64,000 nucleotides of DNA, from IMG/VR virus record IMGVR_UViG_3300027759_003166; one strand, given 5' to 3'. A program made the translations under genes and the position numbers. This document shows positions 33,188 to 42,804 of the stretch, piece after piece. How positions within the stretch are numbered: position 1 is the stretch's first letter; every line of letters begins with the position of its first letter. This stretch comes from a virus. Lineage: Duplodnaviria; Caudoviricetes. The notes below the pieces were generated by a model, which saw only the letters and a list, made by a program, of their open reading frames with translations, was not told the origin of the DNA and did not search any database.

Positions 33188-34554
33188 ACAAACTTATTAT
33201 ATTTGACCTCGATGGAGTATTGATCGAAAGTAGAGAATTACATTATCAAAGTCTAAATGATGCTTTAAAAAGTATAGACCCTAAATATGTCATCTCTCGT
33301 GATGAACATTTATCAATTTATGATGGATTAAACACCACACGTAAATTACAGTTATTATCTGAATCAAAACAATTACCCATAGAATACCATGATATGGTTT
33401 GGCAACGTAAACAATTAGCCACATTTGAATTGATAAAAGAATTTCCTATAGATAAAAAATTAGTAGATATATTTTCAAAACTTAAATCTACAGGATATTC
33501 AATTGCTGTTGCAAGTAACAGTATTAGGGAAACCGTTAAACTTAGTTTATTAAAAATTGGTGTAATGGAATATGTTGATTACTACGTTAGTAATCAAGAT
33601 GTAGTACATCCTAAACCATATCCAGAAATGTATTGGCAATGTATGATAGCAATGAAAGCATTGCCTAAAGATACACTAATTATTGAAGATAGTCATATTG
33701 GTAGACAAGCAGCAATAGATAGCGGTGCTATATTATTGGCTGTAGAAAACTCCTACGATGTAACATGGGAAAAAATTAATTCAAGATTACAACATATGAA
33801 TTCTCAGATGACATCAACTACTATACCTTGGAAGGATAGTAGATTAAATGTATTAGTACCAATGGCCGGTGCAGGAAGTAGATTTGCTCAACAAGGTTAT
33901 ACATTTCCAAAACCGTTAATTGAAGTTAATGGTAAACCTATGATACAAGTAGTTGTAGAAAATTTAAATATAGAAGCGCATTATATTTTTATTGTTCAAC
34001 AAGATCATTATGAAAAATATAATCTTAAATATCTTCTCAATCTTATAGCACCCGGGTGCGATATTGTACAAGTTAATGGTATTACAGAAGGTGCAGCATG
34101 TAGCACATTATTAGCCAAAGATTATATTAATAATGATTCTCCTTTAGTAATGGCCAATAGTGATCAATACGTTGAATGGAACAGCAATGAATGTATGTAT
34201 TCTTTTAGTGCCGACGAGATTGACGGAGGCATAGTTACATTTGAAGCCACACATCCTAAATGGAGTTACGCATTAGTAGGTGATGACGGGTTTGTTAAAG
34301 AAGTTGCAGAAAAGAAAGTAATTAGTAACGAGGCAACTGTGGGAATTTATTATTGGAAGAAAGGCAGTGACTACGTTAAGTATGCTGAAGAAATGATTGA
34401 TAAAAATATCAGAGTCAATAATGAATTTTATGTATGCCCTGTCTTTAATCAAGCCATTGAAGACAATAAGAGAATTAAAATTAAACGTGTTAATCGTATG
34501 TGGGGTATTGGTACTCCCGAAGATCTTGATAATTTTTTAAAGAATCATAAATGA
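33184..34554 (+). CDS. HAD phosphatase fused to a nucleotidyltransferase
   Basis: FDLDGVL, KPYPE, IEDS, then PMAGAGSRF...PKPLI. Confidence 0.9.
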   Translation: MNKLIIFDLDGVLIESRELHYQSLNDALKSIDPKYVISRDEHLSIYDGLNTTRKLQLLSESKQLPIEYHDMVWQRKQLATFELIKEFPIDKKLVDIFSKLKSTGYSIAVASNSIRETVKLSLLKIGVMEYVDYYVSNQDVVHPKPYPEMYWQCMIAMKALPKDTLIIEDSHIGRQAAIDSGAILLAVENSYDVTWEKINSRLQHMNSQMTSTTIPWKDSRLNVLVPMAGAGSRFAQQGYTFPKPLIEVNGKPMIQVVVENLNIEAHYIFIVQQDHYEKYNLKYLLNLIAPGCDIVQVNGITEGAACSTLLAKDYINNDSPLVMANSDQYVEWNSNECMYSFSADEIDGGIVTFEATHPKWSYALVGDDGFVKEVAEKKVISNEATVGIYYWKKGSDYVKYAEEMIDKNIRVNNEFYVCPVFNQAIEDNKRIKIKRVNRMWGIGTPEDLDNFLKNHK

Positions 34555-35306
34555 AAACAGCTTTATTATTATCTGGGCATGCCAGATTTTGTGCCGAGTT
34601 TGATATGCAAATAGATAACTTAAAGAATAGTCATATAGATTGGTTTGTAGTATTGTGGACCAGACGGTATGGTGATGGATCGGAGAGAAATGAATTAATG
34701 CCTCCTAGTTGGCAAGCAACGACTGCCGAAGAAGCTAGAACTATAATAGAATCTAAACTTCCACCGGGCCATAGACTTGCACACATAGAATTAGTAGACC
34801 CTACGGAATTTCCACCTTTAACCAAACAATATAAACGAATAGACTGTACTGTAGAAAACTTATTTCAACAATATTGGATGTTAAAAAAGTGTGATCAAGC
34901 AAGACTACAATCAGGAAATAATTATGATTTAGTTATTCGATCCAGACCTGATATAGGTATAGATGCTTCCTTGGATCTTGTTCGTGTGCATAATTTTTTA
35001 GAACAAAATCCAAATTATATAATAACTCCTAGTAATCATAGAAATTGTGGATTTAACGATATGTTTGCAATAGGATTACCTAATACAATAAAAACTTATT
35101 GTGAAGCAGTTGATCATATTGATCATTTTAATCTTAATCTTAATGTACAATTACATTCTGAATTGATGATTTCTACTATATTAGGATCGCAAGGTTTGCA
35201 GTGGCCAATGACTAATTTTAAAGTTTCGTTAAGAAAAATGGGTACAGGCAGCGATGTTGCTGAGGATAATGATCCGTTTATTCCTTATTTTGGAAAGTGG
35301 GCTTAA
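34551..35306 (+). CDS. Hypothetical glycosyltransferase-associated protein
   Basis: MKTALLLSGHARF...YDLVIRSRPD. Confidence 0.65.
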   Translation: MKTALLLSGHARFCAEFDMQIDNLKNSHIDWFVVLWTRRYGDGSERNELMPPSWQATTAEEARTIIESKLPPGHRLAHIELVDPTEFPPLTKQYKRIDCTVENLFQQYWMLKKCDQARLQSGNNYDLVIRSRPDIGIDASLDLVRVHNFLEQNPNYIITPSNHRNCGFNDMFAIGLPNTIKTYCEAVDHIDHFNLNLNVQLHSELMISTILGSQGLQWPMTNFKVSLRKMGTGSDVAEDNDPFIPYFGKWA

Positions 35307-35307
35307 T

Positions 35308-35745
35308 ATGAAAATAATTGCACATAGAGGGCTAGTAAATGGTCCTGACAGTAACCTAGAAAATCTTCCCGGGCAAATACTCTTAAGTTTGCAAGCAGGA
35401 TATGATTGTGAAATCGATGTTAGATATATTGATGGTAAATGGATGTTAGGACATGATAATCCAGATTACGAAATACCATTTGAGTTTTTAGAACAACCGG
35501 GTCTTTGGATACACGCCAAGAACCTCAAAGCTCTATATGAGCTAGGTAAAACAAATTTAGTTTACTTCTGGCATCAAGAAGATGATTTTACATTAACCAG
35601 CAACGGTTATATTTGGACCTATCCTGGAAGAATTTTAACAGATAAGAGTATTATGGTTTTGCCTGAATGGGAAGATAAAACATTAAGCAATGTAAAAGAT
35701 TGCTATGGTGTTTGTACAGACTTTGTTAATCTATTGCGCCATTAA
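35308..35745 (+). CDS. Glycerophosphodiester phosphodiesterase-like protein (start refined)
   Basis: IIAHRG, EN, CEIDV, LGHD, WIHAKN, GVCTD. Confidence 0.8.
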   Translation: MKIIAHRGLVNGPDSNLENLPGQILLSLQAGYDCEIDVRYIDGKWMLGHDNPDYEIPFEFLEQPGLWIHAKNLKALYELGKTNLVYFWHQEDDFTLTSNGYIWTYPGRILTDKSIMVLPEWEDKTLSNVKDCYGVCTDFVNLLRH

Positions 35746-36387
35746 TTTATTGGCAAATTTTAGTAATAGTTTATGATGTGTGCCATCATGCCAATGTGGT
35801 ACCATCCTTCGATAACTGTCATACCAAAACTTTTCACTTTCTGGATGACATCCAATTAACCCAAGATTGTTTTGTATTATAGCCATGGGTTCGCCATTTG
35901 AGTAAGTAGCAATTGTTTCATACTTTTTGTTATTACCTACAAACGTACATCCATCATTGAAGAACATTTTCTCATCCCGGTTATTCCAGGTTACCGGCAT
36001 TGCTTTGGTATGTGGACGTCTTGTACAAGCTGTGGGTCTTTTGTAGTATTGTACAGCATCAGCACCTTCTAACAAATTGAAGTAATGGCTACCTGCCCAA
36101 TATGCACCCATACATATTCCAAGATATTTTCCACCGCGATTAACAAATTCTTGTATAGGATCGCCATTGATTCTAAGTAAGTAGTCGTAGCTATCAGAAT
36201 TACCAAACCCGCCTGGAAATGCCAGCATATCCACATCGTCGAAGAAGCTGTATTCTAACTCGTGTTTGGTAAAGATTTTAAAATTGTAGTGAGATTTAAG
36301 TGAATTGATTATACCGTTGCCTGATTGTATGCTACACATCGGCTGATGCAGGAACAAAGCTATAGTGGGTTTTACCATACAATTCAC
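35731..36387 (-). CDS. BPL_N-type glutamine-amidotransferase-like protein
   Basis: FPGG.G, YLGICMGAY, GCHPE. Confidence 0.8.
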   Translation of the reverse strand: MNCMVKPTIALFLHQPMCSIQSGNGIINSLKSHYNFKIFTKHELEYSFFDDVDMLAFPGGFGNSDSYDYLLRINGDPIQEFVNRGGKYLGICMGAYWAGSHYFNLLEGADAVQYYKRPTACTRRPHTKAMPVTWNNRDEKMFFNDGCTFVGNNKKYETIATYSNGEPMAIIQNNLGLIGCHPESEKFWYDSYRRMVPHWHDGTHHKLLLKFANKLMAQ

Positions 36388-36412
36388 CTTTATATACTAC
36401 TATTTAGCAATA

Positions 36413-36433
36413 GAAAAGAGCCTTGCGGCTCTT
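36413..36433 (-). terminator. Intrinsic terminator
   Basis: AAGAGCC-GCAA-GGCUCUU followed by U residues. Confidence 0.65.
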
Positions 36434-36515
36434 TATACTGGTTACGAGGGTCCAGCGACACTCTATTTTGTGCCCGATTTAAAAAGACTTCCAAAGAAAC
36501 TTCGGAAGCCAGATA

Positions 36516-37160
36516 TTACTTCCCCAATAGGCCATCAACCTTTGCTTCAGCAACATTCAAACGTGCTTCGATAGCGTCCAATGCTGGATCAGCTGGAGCA
36601 GAAACTGCTTCAACTATGTCAGCGTGAACTTCAGGAGCAACTTCTTCACCTGTAGCTGTGGCAATAACCTGAGCAACTGCTGCTGCTACTTCATCTGCTA
36701 CTTCTGGTGCTGGAGTTGGCATTTCGGCAACTGCGTCTAGAATAGCGGCTGTGATTGCAACTGAATCAACAACAACTTCTGGCTCTGCTGTAACAACTGC
36801 CATAACTGCTGCGGAAACAATATCAGCAACTTCTGAGTGCTCAACTAACTCTGATTCTACCTGTGCTGTAATTACATCAGCAACAATGTCAGCTGCTTCT
36901 GCGTGGTCAGCACTTGGGGAAAGTGCAACTACATCTTCAACTTCTACAGGTGCGTCACCGGCTGGTGCTGCAACGATAGCATCGATGTGCTCTTGAGTGT
37001 GAACAGCGATCAAATGATCAACTTGAACTTCAACAATGGATAATCTTGCGTCTAATTCTTCAATGCTTGTGGCATTGTCTGTATTAACTTCGGTACCAGT
37101 TAGTGTTGCTAACTTGGCTTCTACGGCTACTAATCTCGCGGCTAAGTCTTCGAATCTCAT
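36516..37160 (-). CDS. Very acidic Ala/Val/Glu-rich protein with three short coiled-coil repeats
   Basis: LAARLVAVEAKL / LDARLSIVEVQV / IEARLNVAEAKV; AAAGGAG SD. Confidence 0.75.
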   Translation of the reverse strand: MRFEDLAARLVAVEAKLATLTGTEVNTDNATSIEELDARLSIVEVQVDHLIAVHTQEHIDAIVAAPAGDAPVEVEDVVALSPSADHAEAADIVADVITAQVESELVEHSEVADIVSAAVMAVVTAEPEVVVDSVAITAAILDAVAEMPTPAPEVADEVAAAVAQVIATATGEEVAPEVHADIVEAVSAPADPALDAIEARLNVAEAKVDGLLGK

Positions 37161-37240
37161 GGGTTGCTCCTTTTTATGAGTGTATGTACCATTCTGGCAC
37201 GTAATTATTTAAGCATAATAATATTACGCTATTATTACAA

Positions 37241-37951
37241 TTAATCCCAATACTTGCTATTGTCTAAGCTATCCCAATATTGTTTATTGTTGCGATTGAT
37301 AAAATTCTTTACTAGATATTTGGTCATTCCCATATACCCCATCTTTTTGAATCTACGACTATCTTGTCCAAAGTGATGTTTAACTATTCTAAACTTTCTT
37401 GGACTATACTTTCTAGATAAAAAGTAGTCTTCTGAAGTCGAGAACTGTTCAGGAAACCCGCCATATTCTTCAAACTTATCTCTACGTGTTAGCATAAATG
37501 CTCCAACTGCAAAAGGAGAGATGAATTTTAATATATGATTGATGCCATTAAAAATCATAAACCCAAGCATTGCTCTTTTGTCATTGTCATAACACTTGAT
37601 GTTTAGTCCTATTAAATCTAAGTTCTTGGATTCAATCTCATTAACTGCATCACGAATAACTGTGTCATTAAAGAAACGAACATCGGCGTCAATGAATAAG
37701 ATGTATGGAGTAGTGGCTAGTTTTGCACCATTGTTCTTAGCAATTGATACAGGCCCGCCATCAATAACTTCGACATTTAAGTTACCCTTCATCAATTGAA
37801 TAACTTCACGGGTATTATCTGTAGAACAATCTGCAATAATGATTCTAGTGCTACCTATCATTTGATTGCGTAAATGCAGCAATAGATATGGAATATAGTT
37901 TTCCTCATTTTTGCAAGGAATTACAATAGTAATTTTATCACTGAATATCAT
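37241..37951 (-). CDS. GT2 glycosyltransferase
   Basis: IVIPCKNEE, ADCSTD, FIDAD, SED. Confidence 0.9.
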   Translation of the reverse strand: MIFSDKITIVIPCKNEENYIPYLLLHLRNQMIGSTRIIIADCSTDNTREVIQLMKGNLNVEVIDGGPVSIAKNNGAKLATTPYILFIDADVRFFNDTVIRDAVNEIESKNLDLIGLNIKCYDNDKRAMLGFMIFNGINHILKFISPFAVGAFMLTRRDKFEEYGGFPEQFSTSEDYFLSRKYSPRKFRIVKHHFGQDSRRFKKMGYMGMTKYLVKNFINRNNKQYWDSLDNSKYWD

Positions 37952-38699
37952 TGTTTTTCTCCTTAGCCCACGTAACTATTTCCCAACGTCCGTCATGATG
38001 TTCCACCAGTGCTGTACAACTTTCTACCCAGTCACCATCGTTCATATATTTAATACCATCGATGTCTTTGATCTCAGCATGGTGGATGTGTCCACAGATT
38101 ACGCCATCAAACCCACGCTTCTTACAATATGCAGCAAGATTCTTTTCAAAGTGGAATATAAAGTCCACTGCTTTCTTTACTCTTGTTTTGAGATATTGAC
38201 TAAGACTAAAGTACCCAAAACCAAAGCGATGGCGTATCCAATTGTATTTGCTATTAAGCGATAAAATAACATCATATGCTTTGTCTCCTAAAAAACTTAT
38301 CCAGGGTGCTAGTCTGGTTATACCGTCAAACATATCTCCGTGTACTACAAGATAGTGTTTACCGTCGGCACCTATATGTTCTATTTGATTATGTATCTCA
38401 ACGAGTCCAAAACTGAACCCATATGGAATCATAGGTCTTAAAAATTCGTCGTGATTGCCTGCAATATAAACAACACGAGTACCGCGTTTAGCATGACCGA
38501 GAACACGACGGACCACATTAGTGTGGCTCTGTTTCCACCGCCATTTGTTTTGTTGAATTCTCCAGGCATCAATTATATCTCCTACAAGGTATAGTGTGTC
38601 ACAAGAGTTATGTTTAAGAAAATTGTTAAGCTGCTCTGCTTTACAATCTCTTGTACCGAGATGAACGTCGCTAACGAAGATGGATCGGTATGTCTTCAT
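37938..38699 (-). CDS. UDP-2,3-diacylglucosamine diphosphatase-like (LpxH family)
   Basis: SDVHLG, VGDIID, AGNHDE, VHGD, CGHIH, NDGDWVE. Confidence 0.85.
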   Translation of the reverse strand: MKTYRSIFVSDVHLGTRDCKAEQLNNFLKHNSCDTLYLVGDIIDAWRIQQNKWRWKQSHTNVVRRVLGHAKRGTRVVYIAGNHDEFLRPMIPYGFSFGLVEIHNQIEHIGADGKHYLVVHGDMFDGITRLAPWISFLGDKAYDVILSLNSKYNWIRHRFGFGYFSLSQYLKTRVKKAVDFIFHFEKNLAAYCKKRGFDGVICGHIHHAEIKDIDGIKYMNDGDWVESCTALVEHHDGRWEIVTWAKEKNNDIQ

Positions 38700-38743
38700 A
38701 CCAATATTTACTAGTGTAATTAATTTTTAATATTACAATAGTA

Positions 38744-39058
38744 TTACAAATTTAGTTTTTTCTTATCAAGATTCAATACTTTAGATTCGTCACCTACACC
38801 TAATACACAACCAACACCTGGAGTAAATTGTATGAGTGTCCAAGTACCTGATTCTTTATTAATCAATAACATAAACTTAGTCTTTTCTTCGGAGCCACCC
38901 CATACAGGTACTTCTTTATAGTCGCCGTTCATTAACTCGTTGACTATTTTTTTAGTATCGTCGCAGACCAAAGTTTTTTCTATTTTAAATGATGTAGACT
39001 GTGCTGTTGCCACTGTTGTTAATAATGTGGCAACCAGTATGGTTATCAATTTTTTCAT
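38744..39058 (-). CDS. Secreted hypothetical protein
   Basis: Signal peptide MKKLITILVATLLTTVATA. Confidence 0.7.
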   Translation of the reverse strand: MKKLITILVATLLTTVATAQSTSFKIEKTLVCDDTKKIVNELMNGDYKEVPVWGGSEEKTKFMLLINKESGTWTLIQFTPGVGCVLGVGDESKVLNLDKKKLNL

Positions 39059-40731
39059 TATACGCCTTCTGGTGGAATTTCTTGACCCATTGGTATTTTA
39101 GCACCAATTTGTTTTGTTTGATTTTGTATGCCAGCAGGAACCGGTGCTTTAGTTTTAGTAGGTGCTACTGGTTGGGTAGGTGATACTTCTGGTTGAGCAG
39201 GTGTGGGAGGTTGTTGTTCTACTTTTTCAATATAATTTGCAATGTCAGAAATATCTTTTAGTAAGCCGCCCATTGCGGTCATATTTCTAACTGTGCCGTC
39301 TTTAAATTGAGATTTTAATTCTACTAACTTATTACCAGCATCTTTTCTACCTGCTGGAACAAATCTTTTACCAATAGTTCCTACAGGATATCCATAAATT
39401 GAAATAATATGTGCCTTACCATCCATATTTTCAACAACAACTAATTGTAATTGTCTCATTGCTTTTTCAAATTCTGGACCAAAACTTAATTCTCTAAATG
39501 CTTTCTTGTCATCAGGATCAAGAATAACCATTTCAACACCCTCTTCTTTTCTTGTAAGGTGTTGTAATAATCCCTGATATATATCTTCAACCAACCCCGG
39601 TTGATCAGATCTTGCTTTTGCTTTTAGAGTTTTGGCTGCATCTTGGTAAGCAGCAAACATTCCGCTATTAAAATTGTGTTGTTTTTCCTCGTCTGATCCA
39701 CGAGCTCCTTTTGCAATTTCATAAAAGTATTTTTTAATTGTCGGAGATAGTGCAACATTAAATGAACCAAAGAACTCAGTAACATGTTCAAAATTAGCAC
39801 CAACCACTTGTCCAAACTGTGCCACATCGCCTGCCTTAATACTTAATAGGCGTTTAGCAAGAGGTTGCCCATCAACTAAAATTTTTAAATCAACTTTAGT
39901 TGTACTTTGATTTGCTTTTTCTCCACCGTCACTGATAACATCTACCCTGTTGTTTCTTGGATCATCCTGGGCTACTTTTATTGCATCCGCAACACGTTTA
40001 GAAGTATTAGCATATTCTACAGCAATTCTTGCTCTTCTTTCTATTAAGTCTATAGATTCCTGGGGCACTTTATAATCTTGTAGAGTTTTACGACCTTCGC
40101 CTAACCAAGCATAAAAGATTTTTTTATCTAAAAAAGGAATAGACACTTTAAATTCAAGTGTATCTTTGCCTGCCGCAACACTAATAACTCCACCATTTTG
40201 AGCTAGTTGTTTGCCCATATCTGCTAAGTTTTTTTCAGTAATGTTACCACCATTACTAACAAATTTAGCCGCTACAGCACATCCTATTAAGGCTTCTGAT
40301 ACATTGCCCATATTGGGTTTTATTTCGCCTTTAATTTTTTCATCTTTATAGATGTTGTTTAATCTTACATTATCAACTACTTCTCCCGTTGGTTCGTTGG
40401 TGTCGTCATCTACAACATTAACTGAAAATAAAACATTGGACCAATTATCAGTTTTTAATGCACGTTTAATACTTGCTTTTAATGTGTTTGGGTCAGCAAT
40501 TGTTCCTAAAAAGTTTGTTCCCGGGTTAGGAGCAATTCCTTTCTGTTTATTTGCAGGTCTAAACCCAGTATTAAAAGCATATACTTGTCCGGGTGACATA
40601 CCGTCTCCTATATTGTCAAGGAACGGATTTAAATATTTTTCTATGGTTCTCGGAGCCGTCCAGTCTTTGCCTTGCATAAGACCTTCAAGTACGGATGACT
40701 TTGATTCGGTGATAAACTCTCTTGCTCTCAT
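39058..40731 (-). CDS. Large hypothetical protein with an MRAREFITE leader; possible PD-(D/E)xK nuclease core
   Basis: E...TTKVDL...LSIKAG; Pro-rich tail. Confidence 0.6.
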   Translation of the reverse strand: MRAREFITESKSSVLEGLMQGKDWTAPRTIEKYLNPFLDNIGDGMSPGQVYAFNTGFRPANKQKGIAPNPGTNFLGTIADPNTLKASIKRALKTDNWSNVLFSVNVVDDDTNEPTGEVVDNVRLNNIYKDEKIKGEIKPNMGNVSEALIGCAVAAKFVSNGGNITEKNLADMGKQLAQNGGVISVAAGKDTLEFKVSIPFLDKKIFYAWLGEGRKTLQDYKVPQESIDLIERRARIAVEYANTSKRVADAIKVAQDDPRNNRVDVISDGGEKANQSTTKVDLKILVDGQPLAKRLLSIKAGDVAQFGQVVGANFEHVTEFFGSFNVALSPTIKKYFYEIAKGARGSDEEKQHNFNSGMFAAYQDAAKTLKAKARSDQPGLVEDIYQGLLQHLTRKEEGVEMVILDPDDKKAFRELSFGPEFEKAMRQLQLVVVENMDGKAHIISIYGYPVGTIGKRFVPAGRKDAGNKLVELKSQFKDGTVRNMTAMGGLLKDISDIANYIEKVEQQPPTPAQPEVSPTQPVAPTKTKAPVPAGIQNQTKQIGAKIPMGQEIPPEGV

Positions 40732-40741
40732 AATAGTATAT

Positions 40742-41413
40742 TTATACTACTTCTGGAAACAATACTTCACGTACAAATCTCTTGATAACAGGTTCTGCCA
40801 CACCCATGCTAACCATACTGCGTATAACATGTGGATTCTGCTTTTGATAGTGACAATAACGATTCTGCGCCATATGATAATCCGCTGCATCTTGCTGCGT
40901 ATTTCCTACGTTTTTTACATAATAATCTAAACTATCCAGGGCTAATTGACATAAATCGTCGAGTTCTTTGCCTTCTTGTACATTACCCGCAGCAACCATG
41001 TTATCGCTAAAGATGTTACGTGCCCATTCTGGAAGTTCTCTAGACTTTTGCCATCCGTATTTTTTAGTCTCAATACCAAACCAACGCATCATGTCATGGT
41101 TAGAATCACCTGCCGAACTGAAATCACAGAAAGCACCTGTGATCTTATTAGGGCCACATACAGCATCAAATCCCCAAATTGGACTTGGATCGTTAAAATG
41201 TGGGAATATGGTACAATGTAATATATAGATTTTGTGAGTTTCTCTATTATCTACAATTTCTATATGTGCTCTACGATAACGCGGACTTGACCAAAGTTGA
41301 TTATGCCAGTTATAGTCTGTGCCCACGGTGCTATCTATAGGTTCACCTGTAGTATTGAATCGATCTTCAATCTGTTTGGCTAATTGCTCAATTTTGTTCC
41401 AAACTACTGTCAT
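40742..41413 (-). CDS. Ferredoxin-dependent bilin reductase (PcyA/PcyX-like)
   Basis: RRAHIEIVD, ILHCTIFP, PIWGFDAVCG, FSDNM, YCHYQKQNPH. Confidence 0.85.
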   Translation of the reverse strand: MTVVWNKIEQLAKQIEDRFNTTGEPIDSTVGTDYNWHNQLWSSPRYRRAHIEIVDNRETHKIYILHCTIFPHFNDPSPIWGFDAVCGPNKITGAFCDFSSAGDSNHDMMRWFGIETKKYGWQKSRELPEWARNIFSDNMVAAGNVQEGKELDDLCQLALDSLDYYVKNVGNTQQDAADYHMAQNRYCHYQKQNPHVIRSMVSMGVAEPVIKRFVREVLFPEVV

Positions 41414-41933
41414 ATGATTCCATTATTTTAATTGCCCATTCAAAGGCTATATTGGCTTCAACAGCCATATCGTCTGACAACATGGTACGTACAGTTTTAA
41501 TTAACTCGGCACGATCTTCAAACTCTAAATGTGTATGTGGTGCTTCAACAATCTTCTTGATCATTTGTCCACCATGCAAGTCACCCATATGCCATGTATA
41601 AAGATGTGCCATAACACGAGTAGGATCACCTAATGTTCGTATATAACTAACATACTCTTTGGTCACTTCTTTATAGGTATTGAAACTGCCTACAGGTTTA
41701 TCCATGGATTCGTAGTCATCCATGATTAATCCTGCACGTTCAAAGCCCGGCGGCAATGCATTTAACAATCCTGCTTTACGAGCAGCATGTTCAATTTCTT
41801 TATACCAAAGTTGTTTTTGATATGTAAAGTCTACCCATACATCATAGGGTAGAGTTTTGGCAAATACCGCTTTCATAAAAAGGGTATCTTCCGCTTTTTG
41901 ATGTTTATCAGCGGTTAAATCTTTTAGGCTCAT
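41388..41933 (-). CDS. Heme oxygenase
   Basis: LKDLTADKHQKAE, HLYTWHMGDLHGGQMIKK. Confidence 0.9.
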   Translation of the reverse strand: MSLKDLTADKHQKAEDTLFMKAVFAKTLPYDVWVDFTYQKQLWYKEIEHAARKAGLLNALPPGFERAGLIMDDYESMDKPVGSFNTYKEVTKEYVSYIRTLGDPTRVMAHLYTWHMGDLHGGQMIKKIVEAPHTHLEFEDRAELIKTVRTMLSDDMAVEANIAFEWAIKIMESYDSSLEQN

Positions 41934-41942
41934 AGTAGTTCC

Positions 41943-42248
41943 TTATTCGGGTTCTACTTTAATTATCAAAGGATACCCCTGTGCTCTGGCTAAATTGGTT
42001 CCGTCAACAGCTTTTTGTTCTGCTACTTCAAAACTATAAATTCCTGCCACAGCACTACCTTTATTATGTATTGCCAGAGTTAATGCAATAGCAGACTTTT
42101 CATTATGCTTGAATATTGACACAAGCATGGCAATTACAAATTCCACAGAAGTTTGATCATCATTACACACAATGACTTTATACTTGCTGGGTTCTTTAAG
42201 TTTGGCAGTAGTCTTAGACTTTTTGTCTACAATGATATCAGTGGTCAT
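41943..42248 (-). CDS. clpS: N-end-rule adaptor ClpS
   Basis: YKVIVCNDDQTSVEFVI, IHNKGSAVAG, YPL. Confidence 0.9.
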   Translation of the reverse strand: MTTDIIVDKKSKTTAKLKEPSKYKVIVCNDDQTSVEFVIAMLVSIFKHNEKSAIALTLAIHNKGSAVAGIYSFEVAEQKAVDGTNLARAQGYPLIIKVEPE

Positions 42249-42259
42249 AATCTTATTTT

Positions 42260-42280
42260 ATAGAGGGGGCCGAAGCCCCC
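42260..42280 (-). terminator. Intrinsic terminator after hsp20
   Basis: GGGGGC-UUCG-GCCCCC. Confidence 0.75.
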
Positions 42281-42285
42281 AAACT

Positions 42286-42720
42286 TTATTCGCCCTTGAG
42301 TTTAAGGACACGTGGTTTCAAAGCATCAGGAACGATACGCTTTAATTTAATGGTAAGCACACCATTCTTGATAGTTCCATCTCCAACTTCCATATGTTCA
42401 GCTAATGTCCAGCTACGTGTAAAGTCTCGGAATGCAAGTCCACGATGTAAAAATTCAGCAGTTACATCATTGCTTTTATCTCGAATGCCTTTGACAATGA
42501 GTTGATTTTGATCAATCTCAACTGTAACTTCGTCCTTAGCAAACCCTGTAACAGCAATTTCAATCTCGTAAGAGGTGTCGTCGTGTTTAATAATGTTGTA
42601 AGGGGGATAGTTGTCTTTAAGTTGATTTGCAAAACGATGTTCAAAATCTTCAAACATTGTATCAAATCCCAGAAGTGCTCTGTTGAGAGCGTTGGTGTCG
42701 AAACGAGTTAATTGTGTCAT
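42286..42720 (-). CDS. Small heat shock protein, Hsp20/IbpA family
   Basis: YPPYNII, EIAVTGF, FLHRGLA.RDF, GVLTIKL. Confidence 0.9.
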   Translation of the reverse strand: MTQLTRFDTNALNRALLGFDTMFEDFEHRFANQLKDNYPPYNIIKHDDTSYEIEIAVTGFAKDEVTVEIDQNQLIVKGIRDKSNDVTAEFLHRGLAFRDFTRSWTLAEHMEVGDGTIKNGVLTIKLKRIVPDALKPRVLKLKGE

Positions 42721-42795
42721 AATTTTTCTCCTTTAAAAGTAAGACAATTTTGGGCACTATGCCCTAAAGTGGGACCCTTAATAGGTGTCCCACAA
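42721..42795 (-). promoter_or_regulatory. Three-hairpin 5' UTR, ROSE-like RNA thermometer candidate (hsp20)
   Basis: GGGCA-UAG-UGCCC hairpin, then UCUUACUU paired over AAGGAGA. Confidence 0.6.
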
Positions 42796-42804
42796 TATTA
42801 TTTA

